The position numbers and the translations under genes were made by a program. Positions 1 to 9,989 of a stretch of DNA of 64,000 nucleotides are shown piece by piece. Every line of letters begins with the position of its first letter. The stretch's first letter is position 1. This DNA comes from Tubulanus polymorphus (Eukaryota; Animalia; Nemertea). The notes below the pieces were generated by a model. It saw only the letters and a list, made by a program, of their open reading frames with translations. It did not search any database and had not been told where the DNA came from. The DNA lies in the NCBI RefSeq assembly GCF_964204645.1, contig NC_134036.1, forward strand, positions 10,891,859-10,955,858, read 5' to 3'.

Positions 1-409
1 ATAAAAGCCGCAACAAATATCCTGTAAAATCAGTTCATCTATGCAAGCCTGACTGTACACATCTCTCCGCTAAATAAATCGCTATAGTCTGAAGAAAGTC
101 TTAAGGTTAGTCATTTCATGACAAAAGGAACGGCTGCTTCAAGGGACAGGACGACGACTCTGCCTTGCTGCTTCAACCAGGGAACGTAACTCCGGCCGAC
201 TCGCTAATTTTGCTTCTGCCTGGTGACCCGCCTGGCTTTGCTTCTGCCTTGTCGACCCGCCTGGCTTCTGCTTCTGCCCGGCCTTTGCTTTGCTTCTTAC
301 GTGAACATATACAGTCCTCCTCGCTCGCTTCCTCACTCCCCATCGACTGTCGGTGGAGTGTGCCCGAAACCCCGTGGTGTTGGACCGAGAACTCTCCCAA
401 CAGTCCTCG

Positions 410-926
410 TTGACCAGTTAACAGCGCCAGTAATAAAACAAGCTTTAATGTGAGATCTTTTAGTGACAAACTAACTGCCGGAGACAGGCCTTTCAGGAAA
501 TTTAATACTGGTTCCACCGACCAAATAACCCTATTTCTGGGTAAAGCTGGCCTTAAATTAAATATACCTCTCATGAATCGACTAACTATGGGTACCTGAC
601 CAATAGGAGTTGGCACTGTAACTTAGGCCTTTAGAATACAACTCAGATAAGAAATCTAATACATTATTTACACTCCCCTCGTAGGGATCAGCATTCCTCG
701 GAGCACAAAAACCGAGCCATTTGCGAATTTGCGTTGAGTATTGATCACGTGAAGACTCTCGCCACGATGCCGTGATAATGACTCTACCTTCCTGAGAAAA
801 CATTCCGTCTGTTGTTGTACGCCCGATATCCTCGCCGCGAAAAGATTCATCTTCGGTAGCTCGCTCATCTGTCTCGACGGATGCGTAAGAAGAGTGCTGT
901 GGAAGATAGGAGAATAGGATAATCAA
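410..926 (-). pseudogene. DIRS tyrosine recombinase, N-terminal part, frameshifted and truncated
   Basis: ITASWRESSRDQYSTQIRKWLGFC (582..926) and RFMRGIFNLRP...LTLKLVLLLALLTGQR (173..616); similarity stops just after the first catalytic Arg at ~410. Confidence 0.85.
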
Positions 927-2717
927 TTAGCATGTTTACACATTTAGAAAACCAATATTGTGTAGTCCAAACAGGAGCCACAATGATTGCCTGAGCACTT
1001 TTTGCTTGGATTTTTTGTAGCGTCTTGCCCACCAAACAGAAGGGTGGAAACGCATAGACTAACTCTTTATTCCACGGTACAGAGAATGCATCAACTGCTT
1101 CTGCCTGTGGATCCGGTTTCCAGGAAAAAAGCCTTGGAACCTTGTGATTATTCCGGGACGCAAAAAGATCAATAGCTGGCTCACCCCAAATTTGACACAA
1201 CTTTCTAAACACTCTGTCATTCAGGCCCCATTCAGTGTTATCATGGTAAGTACGACTCATAGCATCTGCCTCAGTGTTTAGGGCTCCTGGCAGATAAGCA
1301 GCTGTCAACCATAAACCTCTAGCCTTGCACCAAAGCCAAGTTTCCCTAGCTATAGCATTACATTTTTCCTTTCTGCCGCCCATATTATTTAAGAAGGCGA
1401 CCGTGACTTGATTATCAATTCTAATCAAGATATGAGTATCTGTTTCCGTTTTACACAAAGGTTGTAGGGTGAAAAGGGCAGCTTCTATCTCAAGTTGGTT
1501 TATATGTAAAGCTGCTTCCCAGCTAGACCAATTTCCACCCGTCTTAAGATTTCCTCTTGTTCCTCTCCACCCTATGCCACTAGCGTCAGAAGTGAGGAAA
1601 ATTTCTGCTGGGGGCCTGGAGATTGGGTGGCTTTCATTACATTTTGAGTCCACCACTGCAGATCCTCTCTGCACTCTTGATTGAGTTTCATTTTAGCGTT
1701 ATAATTTCCAGCAGAATTTTTCAGCTCTCTAGTCTTAAGATTGTCACACCTTCTATAGTATAGTTTGCCATACTCAACGGCCTGAAAACTAGCCACCATC
1801 GTACCCACTAGTACTGCTAAGTCCTGTATCTTAATAGACTCTTTCTTGAGGGCGTTGCTGGCAAGTTTCAAAATTTTTTCCCTACTTTCTTGAGTGAGGA
1901 TATAGTCATTTTTATAGAATCAAAAAACCACGCCAGCAAACGTAACCCTTTGAGCAGGGTCCATCATTGATTTTACAGGATGAGTAATGAAACCTGCGCA
2001 ATCAGAAACCTCATGGGTATCCCTGACAATCTTTCTGCACAGTTGTAAGGTCTGAGCGACCATAAAACAGTCATCAATCCAGGTAACCAATTGATGACCC
2101 TGCTTCCTCAATTGAGAGAGAATCACCTCGACAATTTTAGTGAACAACCTCGGAGCTGACGTTAGTCCGTTCGGCATGGCATTGTAGGAATAGTATTTAT
2201 CTCTTCACCTGAACTTGAAATATTTTCTAAATTGGTCTGCAACAGGAATACAATAATACGCATCCTTCCAATCAATAGTGGCCATATAACATTTCGGAGT
2301 AATCAAGTTAATGGCAGAATCTAGGGTGTCCATCTTAAAATGATGATATACAATGACCTTATTAAGTTCAGTAAGACCTAAGATAACTCTCAAAGAACCA
2401 TCTATCTTATCTCTAGTAAATATGTTGGATACAAATTAGTCTCGTTCTTTTTTCAACTCTTGAATGACACATTTCTGGAGCATTTTCTCTACTTCCAAAT
2501 GTATCTTGTGTGACTTGGTGACATCGAAACAGTACGGTTTAGGTTCTCTAACCTGGTTGGGTACATTCTCAAATTCTATTTCGATGCCCCTAACCAACGA
2601 CAGGATGTGTCGATCAGACGTAAGAGTTTTCCAAAAACCCAAAAACTGAGCAATTCTGCCAGCTTCAAAATTTTTTACATCTGACTGAGCTTTAGCCAAG
2701 ATGGACACCTTACTTTC

Positions 2718-4643
2718 CGGTGTTGTCATATCGCGGAAAGACGGAATCGCGGAATTTTCCAAAAACGCGGAATTTCTTCATTTTTACTTTAAATAGTAAA
2801 CGACTTTTCCCACGGGGATACCCACTGTCGGACAGCGCACCGGACCGATCGATGCAACGAGTTAGGTTCGAATCCCATTATTTTCAGGCAATTTTATATG
2901 GAAATATTATATAACGATACCGCTGGCTGGCTGCCACCTGTAGAAGAAGTCGGAATCAAGTGGGGTGAAAGAGACCAGGCACCTAATGTCTATTTCTACT
3001 AGGCAAACTTCGGTTATCGAAGTTCATCGACTTTTTGAGAACTTCAGAAACGAATATTATCAGATAAATATTGAGCACGTTCGCGGTGTAGGACCGTAGT
3101 TGTAGATGGTTGCAAACATGAAATCCTACGACCAAACAAGTACCGGTTCAAATTCCTTTGAAATTATTATAATTTTACGGCCGTCCAGTACCGGTACCAA
3201 TAAGATTCTTTTGATCCAAATAATCAGCATAGGGACATATATGTTATAGCAGTCACAAAGTAAACATTAAAAGAAAAACGAAACCATTTTATAATCTTTC
3301 ATATCATTTCATTCTAAAAGATAAACCACATTCGCTTATAACAACAATGTAGACACACAACACGCATGAACAATCCTAAGCCAGAATGAAATATACATAA
3401 TGTCTATTTATTTTCGTCTGACATCGATCCAGTTCCACAGTTGTGAGTTAACTCTCAGTTACTTAGAATCAATTCATTTCCAATGTTTTAAATCCAGAGA
3501 CCAGAGTCAAATCTTAACTCGGAAATGAGTCCTGGAGAATGACCCATGATGTCATCACAAATCCTACGTTTACGTACCATCGATTTGTATTCCTTCAGTT
3601 AATGCAGCGATATTCTGTATCACTGAATTCGCAAAGCACGTATTGCCTAGGTTCTCCGCAAAAACCGTAAAGTTTCCCAAGTCTCCGTTTCTACCTAACG
3701 CATGCGCATTAGTCAGTGCTGGAATTGCTCTAAGTCGAGAAATCGGCACATTGCGCATGCGGCACTACATGTGAGCTACATGTAACCTTTAAGGACTAAT
3801 AGTCGCTGTAGTTTCCATTAGGTTCGAATCCCGTAAAAATATTGATCTTATTTACGCTGGTTCATCTTATAAGCGGCGCTATCAGATTCGAAACCCGAAA
3901 ATTACTGATCGTATTTCAAGCGTTACGACATGAACTTTGATGATTAAAGTGTCACTGGGTTATTGTTTGCCGAGTAAAAAAGTGATAGCATCCCGAATAT
4001 GAAATAATGAACTTTGATAGCCCCAGGATTTACTTTTAAGTGCTATTAGGTTCGAATCCCGTATGTGTAGCAGAAAAATACATTCATCCTTTATAATATA
4101 CCGATATATATCTTAGATTTTTAGCTTATGGCAAGACCACTTGAACACCTGTCATTCCCAAAAATACAAATGATCCTCTAAGAGGATCATGAAGAGTCTT
4201 AAGTGACCAAACAAACTGCGCCTTCCCGCTGCGCAAAAGTTCACGCAGGTTCATTCCGTTATAGTTCTATGTTTCAGCGTTCTGACATGACCCAGTTTAG
4301 GAAAAAATACACATGTAGCGACGCATGCGCACGCGACCAATTTCTGGACTTAGAGGATTTCCCCAACACTTCCTAATGCGCATGCGTTATAAACAGAGAC
4401 TTGGGAAACTTTACGGTTTTTGCAGGTTCTCCATTATTTGGAACAGTATCGTTAAGTTGTTGACTGGCGATATAATAAATTATCAAATACTAATTCCCGG
4501 TGTTGAAAACCTGGGTCCGGTGCCCTGTCCGACAGTGGGTATCCCCGTGGGAAAACCCCGTTTACTATTTATAGTAAAAATGAAGAAATTCCGCGTTTTT
4601 GGAAAATTCCGCGATTCCGTCTTTCCGCGATATGACAACACCG
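2718..4643. mobile_element. Non-autonomous DNA transposon with ~130-bp TIRs and 9-bp TSD (Mutator-like)
   Basis: TIR CGGTGTTGTCATATCGCGGAAAGACGG at 2718, inverted copy ending 4643; flanks CTTACTTTC (2709-2717) and CTTATTTTC (4644-4652); excision restores DIRS frame DLEWDENK|VSILAKAQ. Confidence 0.88.
3658..4423. mobile_element. Nested MULE-like MITE with ~110-bp imperfect TIRs and perfect 9-bp TSD
   Basis: GCAAAAACCGTAAAGTTTCCCAAGTCTC ... GAGACTTGGGAAACTTTACGGTTTTTGC; TSD AGGTTCTCC at 3649-3657 and 4424-4432. Confidence 0.88.
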
Positions 4644-4686
4644 CTTATTTTCATCCCACTCTAGATCAAAACTAGTTACCTGCCTG

Positions 4687-5512
4687 TTAGCTACTTGTTC
4701 CTTTCGGCCTTCTTTTTGGTGCCCTGGTTTGGTATGACCTCACTCTGTTGCCGCGGCCTCTCTGGTACTGATGGTATTGTTGGTTGGAGGATTGATGACT
4801 GGAGTACTGTTGGCGGGAGCGTTGGTATTGATAATGGTACGCGTCACACCCTCGCTTCGCTAAAAGATGAGGTCTCATTTTATAATTCTGTATTTTAGAG
4901 TCACGTTGAGAATACTCTTTGTTGAATATGGCGCCAACTTTAGAGAGGTCATTGAGCTCTTTGACCTTATTTGCCATGTCAACTCCAAATAAAACTTCAG
5001 AGGACTCTTTAACACTCTTACTGGCACAAATCGATCGATATCTTGGGTTTATGTGAGGTCTAAGTTCGTAGCGCCTTTGCTCTGCCAACGAGTGTAAGGC
5101 TACGCATGAAAGCGCAAACACATCCATCGTCATTTTAACGGCAAGTTTCAGATCAACTTGCTCCTTATTAGCAATTTTTGGAAAATTCCGCGATTCCGTC
5201 TTTCCGCGATATGACAACACCGCGGTTAGAAGGCTTGTTTTTATCCAACTTTCTGGTACGGGACCTAGTCTTACTAATTTTAGCGACTGAGGCACACTCC
5301 GCGCTCGACTTATTAGCCGAGTCGCCATGATTTTGAGGAAATTGTGAAGGAACACTTACTTCGTCATTCACTGCATTTTTCTCGACTGTTCCAGTCCTCC
5401 TAATCTTCGATTCCGACTCTCCGCCAACCGCATTAGCAGTTTGAGATGGCGGCTTGCTAAAAAGCGCCTCAGCAAGGTTAAATTCTTCCATTTCTTTGGC
5501 CATGATCGGCAC
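4687..5512 (-). pseudogene. DIRS gag-like ORF with central deletion
   Basis: MAKEMEEFNLAEALF... then ...SLAEQRRYELRPHINPRYRSICAS..LFG; Arg/Gln-rich tail; lies upstream of RT. Confidence 0.7.
5175..5222. repeat. Solo 48-bp TIR end of the 2718-4643 element family
   Basis: TTTTTGGAAAATTCCGCGATTCCGTCTTTCCGCGATATGACAACACCG matches the terminal sequence ending at 4643. Confidence 0.85.
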
Positions 5513-5954
5513 CGGTTAAATTCAAAATGGCGGAGCGGTTCCGACACGCGAACAGTAAACACCAGAAAACAAAATCCAATCGCATCCACCAACAAAAAAT
5601 TTTGTAACACAATGTCAAACGCCCAGCGTTGCTTAGATGGCCTAACAAGACGATTGCGCCTTATAAGTTAGGTTTTGACACGGATAAACGAAAATTCGAT
5701 CCCTTCAATCCGAATAATAGAACGACAAAGCACTGAACTTCGCCGGATCAAGCATGCAATTGACTGTCGGATCTACGCATGCGTATCTCATGGAACCTCG
5801 TAATGACGTCAGCAGTTAGATAGAATCTATTTTAGCGTGTAACTGTGTCTACGTTAATTTTCCTTTAGTTTGTATCATCTCTGATTACTTGAATTAGTCT
5901 CTTTTTCTCTGGATTGTATATATATCTCATAATTTTTGTAGTATCTCATTATTC

Positions 5955-5989
5955 TTGAAGATGACTATTAGTATATAGTCGAAACGTTG
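5955..5989 (+). ncRNA. Minimal hammerhead-ribozyme-like motif typical of Penelope pseudo-LTRs
   Basis: TTGAAGA (CUGANGA variant), stem GACTAT/ATAGTC, GAAAC, self-complementary AACGTT. Confidence 0.45.
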
Positions 5990-6380
5990 AAAAAACTACC
6001 ATCTCGAAGTTTCATTTTCGGACCTTTTATTATCATTGGGACTCGACCTCACAACAACTACTCGTGTTGATCTCATTTCAACGATTTAGTACACTACATC
6101 TTGTTTTGCATTGTTTAAACTCGCTGAATAGTTCTACACGACAGAAGATTGACGACACCGGCCTGACTTTTTTATATCGCGTACATTTCTTTTTTACGGA
6201 TGAGAATAGGAACATACCTTTTTGATTGCGAAGTAGTGAGTCTAAATCTCGCTCGCACCAAATGGACCATTGCGCAGCAAACGCGTACACGTACACGTGG
6301 CTCCATAGGAGCTTCAACGACGCCAGCCTTAAAGCTCGTGCCACCATTTCGATCATTATCTTTTTAAATCATATCTTACT

Positions 6381-7785
6381 TTATTAGGGTTTTCTGACTT
6401 TCGTCGAAAACCCTCTTGAAATTCTGTTGATTATTATTATTATTATATATTTTCCGCCGATTTCGTCAAATAAAATTCATCTTCATTCAGATTCGGCAAC
6501 TGACAGCTTCGAAACGAAATGTATAAATTCATACTGTACTAACGGTCTCTCTGAACCAACAGGTTGTCTGAATGTACTTTCCATCCTATTTGAAACTTAA
6601 AATTACTTATTAGGTTACTGTAAATAAAGAATTGAATTGAATTGTTAGACAAGCACCGGCGAAATTACAGTTTGTGACGTCATTTAGTAAGTAAATAAAG
6701 GAGGGCTCCGAGAATTTCCAAATCACGGGGTACTATACTGGGGTTAGACCATTCAACCAAAAAGCGGATTGCTCCGATAATATCCAAATCATCTCATTTT
6801 ATTTTTTCCATCGAATACCCGGTAATTAATTTTTCCTTTCGATCACATGCATCCAGAAAACCCGTTATCGCTGCTTTGCAGCTATATTTATTATATATTT
6901 TCCGCCGATTTTGTCAAATAAAATTCATCTTCATTCGAATTCGGCAACTGACAGCTTCGAAACGAAATGTATAAATTGATACTGTAATAACGGTCTCTCT
7001 GAACCAACAGATTGTCTGAATGTACTTTCCATCCTATTTGAAACTTGAAATTACTTATTAGGTTACTGTAAATAAAGAATTGAATTGAATTGTTAGACAA
7101 GCACCGGCGAAATTACAGTTTGTGACGTCATTTAGTAAGTAAATAAAGGAGGGCTCCGAGAATTTCCAAATCACGGGGTACTATACTGGGGTTAGACCAT
7201 TCAACCAAAAAGCGGATTGCTCCGATAATATCCAAATCATCTCATTTTATTTTTTCCATCGAATACCCGGTAATTAATTTTTCCTTTCGATCACATGCAT
7301 CCAGAAAACCCGTTATCGCTGCTTTGCAGCTATATTTATTATATATTTTCCGCCGATTTTGTCAAATAAAATTCATCTTCATTCGAATTCGGCAACTGAC
7401 AGCTTCGAAACGAAATGTATAAATTGATACTGTAATAACGGTCTCTCTGAACCAACAGATTGTCTGAATGTACTTTCCATCCTATTTGAAACTTGAAATT
7501 ACTTATTAGGTTACTGTAAATAAAGAATTCAATTGAATTGTTAGACAAGCACCAGCGAAATAACAGTTTGTGACGTCATTAAGTAAGTAAATAAAGGAGG
7601 GCTCCGAGAATTGCCAAATCACGGGGGACTATACTGGGGTTAGACCATTCAACCAAAAAGAGGATTGCTCCGATAATATCCAAATCATCTCATTTTATTT
7701 TTCCATCGAATACCCGGTAATTAATTTTTCCTTTCGATCACATGCATCCAGAAAACCCGTTATCGCTGCTTTGCAGCTATATTTT
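6381..7785 (+). mobile_element. Helentron-associated non-autonomous element (HINE) with body in three tandem 448-bp copies
   Basis: 5' hairpin AGGGTTTTC..GAAAACCCT, (TTA)n, each unit ending in subTIR AGAAAACCCG + palindrome GCTGCTTTGCAGC + TATATTT; units start ~6441, 6889, 7337. Confidence 0.75.
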
Positions 7786-8004
7786 TCTATCGGAATGCTC
7801 CATTTACGCCTACATCGCACCCACTAGAGTCTGAATGGGCGGGGGACTGAATGAATGTTACATGATTGTAGCGAGAAATTGTAGTTTAGAAAGAAAATTA
7901 CCTCAAGCACCGTGAGTAAAGGGAAATTGGGGGTTGGAGGCCAGAAGTATGAAGTATGAGGCTAGGTAGGTTTTTGGGTAAAAATGTTGGGTAAAATATA
8001 TGGG

Positions 8005-9120
8005 GTAATTTTCTTCTATATAAATGGAGGATGTAAATACAAGTTAAAAATGTTGATGAAATAAAATATTCTCCAAACATTGTGATAAATATGTTAGTAA
8101 ATCGAATATATCTTTTCATAATAAATCATGTCAACATCAGAAAAATGTAATTGATGACGAAAAAATAAATTTATATGAAAAAAAATAAAAAAATAGATTC
8201 TATAAAACTGAGTGGAATTAATTGTGATATTTGTGATGAAAACATTATGAAAAAAATTATAAGGTACATTTAGATTCTCTATAACATAAAATGAATATAA
8301 TTATAATTATTTTAGGTGAAGAATATTTTGGTGTTAAAAAACAAAGAGAAAATGTCGTTAAAACTGCTTATAAAGACCAATCTTACATGAAAAATATCAA
8401 TGACTACATCAATTCATTGTCTATAAAAGATGATATCGAATTAATTGAAACATTCAGAAGTAAAGTTGGCCCAGCTGCATTAATTATTAGATTTCATAAA
8501 GGAAGATTATCTTAGAATTTTGAAAAAATAGTTAGAAATAATGAAAAACATTGTGAGTTTTGTAACAGATGCTGAATATTCCAAACTTAGTTTTGGTCAA
8601 GTAACATTTACTAAATCTAATGAAAAAGTAACGCACCAGATTCAAATATGTTCTTATGAAGTTATTTTAAATGTTCAAATAGAAGATGTATTAAAGAAAT
8701 TATTTGCAGATTTTAGAACACGTATTGAAGAAAGATATTACGAAGGATCTGGTTAATCATTAGATGGAATATATTTTTTTTTTTGACTTACAAATTTATA
8801 ATAAAATTAGAAAAAATAACGTTAATGATTCAACATACACAACATAGAATTATATTGTTGCTTCATTATATATCAAATTACTGTTTTTAACACAAAAGCA
8901 GTAAAAAATGTTCAAAATGATGATATAAAATGTTTTTTATGGGCAATATTAAGTTATTGATATTCAACAAAAGTTGTTGAACATAGGTATAGATTATCTA
9001 ATTATAAGAAATATGAAAAAGAAACTAAAATATATAGTTATATTGAAATTAAATGTTTATGAGACGATAACATTAAGTGTTTGTAAAGGTGATAATATAC
9101 TACTACACTATACCCTAGAG
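8005..9120 (+). pseudogene. Remnant of a second, diverged Polinton pPolB 5' region
   Basis: YINSLSIKDDIELIETFRSKVGPAALIIRF parallels 10359 YIDSLEIKDTIEILETLRSKIGPAAIIFRF; EERYYEGSG; NVQNDDIKCFLWAI; start TATAAATG at 8024. Confidence 0.8.
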
Positions 9121-9968
9121 CCATTTATATTTTATATTAAGTTTTGAGAAAATTGCAATTTTAGGTTCTCATAATAAAGTCAAAACAGAAAAACCAATGG
9201 TTGGAACTAAAAACTGGAATATGACATGCGAGGATTCTAATGTAATTATTTATTTTTAACGTACTTTTCGTACAAAAATAGTTTAGAACCCACTTACTGT
9301 GTTTTAGCCTTGTAGGATCTTTCAAGCTTTCAAAGCAAAATCGCAGCATGTTATGGCGTGCTAGGCTTAAATACAGTAAGTAACTTTTTCCCAGGTTAAA
9401 AGACAGTATATTCCTCGGTTTCAGCTGAAAGGAATACCATTTTTTCCGGGTTCTAGGTGTGCCTTTAGCGGTTTGTGACATATTGTGTTAGCTCCAGTTA
9501 TGTTATTTTATGTCGTTTTGTCCGTCATTTTATTACTATACCATTATAGGGTCTCGTTTGATGTTCCTTCGCCTGAAGATACGTCAGATGATTCCCTCCC
9601 TATTTAGTGATGATCGTTGGAAGAGAGGTCCGTTTTTCCAGTATTTTACAGTAATTAGGAAATGGCGTTTTCATACCAGAGTACGAGAGTACGAGACACC
9701 ACTCATCACAGCTAGGCTCTAGTGAGAACGGACGATTGCTCTGTGATACACATATACAGTGAGTGCGCGTAACAACAACTTCGCGTGGATAGATCGATAC
9801 AGTGTGTCGCTACTGAGAACGGTTATTAACGCGTGTGCTATTACTGTAGTACAGTGATAGCGTGTCAACTGTGCTCGGATAAATAGATGCTGTGAGGCTT
9901 GGGTGAGAACGGTTAATAGCGTGCTTGTTATATACAAGGGGAAGTAAATCCCCACTCATCACCACAAG

Positions 9969-9989
9969 TAATTTTTTTCCTTATAAATG
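9969..9989 (+). promoter_or_regulatory. Representative T-run/spacer/TAAATG promoter-like motif (recurs at ~15 Polinton gene starts)
   Basis: TAATTTTTTTCCTTATAAATG; TAAAT-type starts also at 8024, 16336(-), 16406, 17087, 17690, 18132, 18583, 19986, 21463, 25473, 26601, 27509, 28050, 28793(-), 29712(-). Confidence 0.7.

Larger units (their letters stand above)
865..4686 (-). pseudogene. DIRS RT-RNase H-MTase ORF, frameshifted, interrupted by insertion 2718-4643
   Basis: AGRIAQF; HFKMDTL..IDWKDAYYCIPV; MPNGLTSAPRLFTK; TWIDDCF; LTSDASGIGW; HINQLE; RIDNQVTVAFLN; IDLFASRNN..DAFSVPW..YAFPPF. Confidence 0.9.
410..5820 (-). mobile_element. DIRS-type tyrosine-recombinase retrotransposon, degenerate; truncated within YR; ends approximate
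   Basis: Minus-strand order gag, RT, RNase H, adenine-MTase-like domain, YR, which is diagnostic of DIRS; many frameshifts. Confidence 0.9.

Noticed and set aside
139-413. GC-rich ORFs with short GACCCGCCTGGCT repeats
   Set aside because: Low-complexity fragment joined to the truncated YR; no recognisable family
865-1260. Bacterial Dam-type methyltransferase / horizontal transfer
   Set aside because: It is the standard MTase-like domain at the end of the DIRS RT-RNase H ORF
2860-4062. tRNA genes (GGTTCGAATCCC; also reverse matches near 33740, 34561, 43871)
   Set aside because: Only the T-loop/B-box is present; no acceptor, D or anticodon stems could be built
4325-4675. 116-aa ORF and related ORFs sharing SYRGKTESRNFPK
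   Set aside because: Translations running through TIR sequence, not genes
6891-7548. Duplicated 69-aa ORFs
   Set aside because: Chance ORFs in the non-coding 448-bp HINE repeat, non-ATG starts
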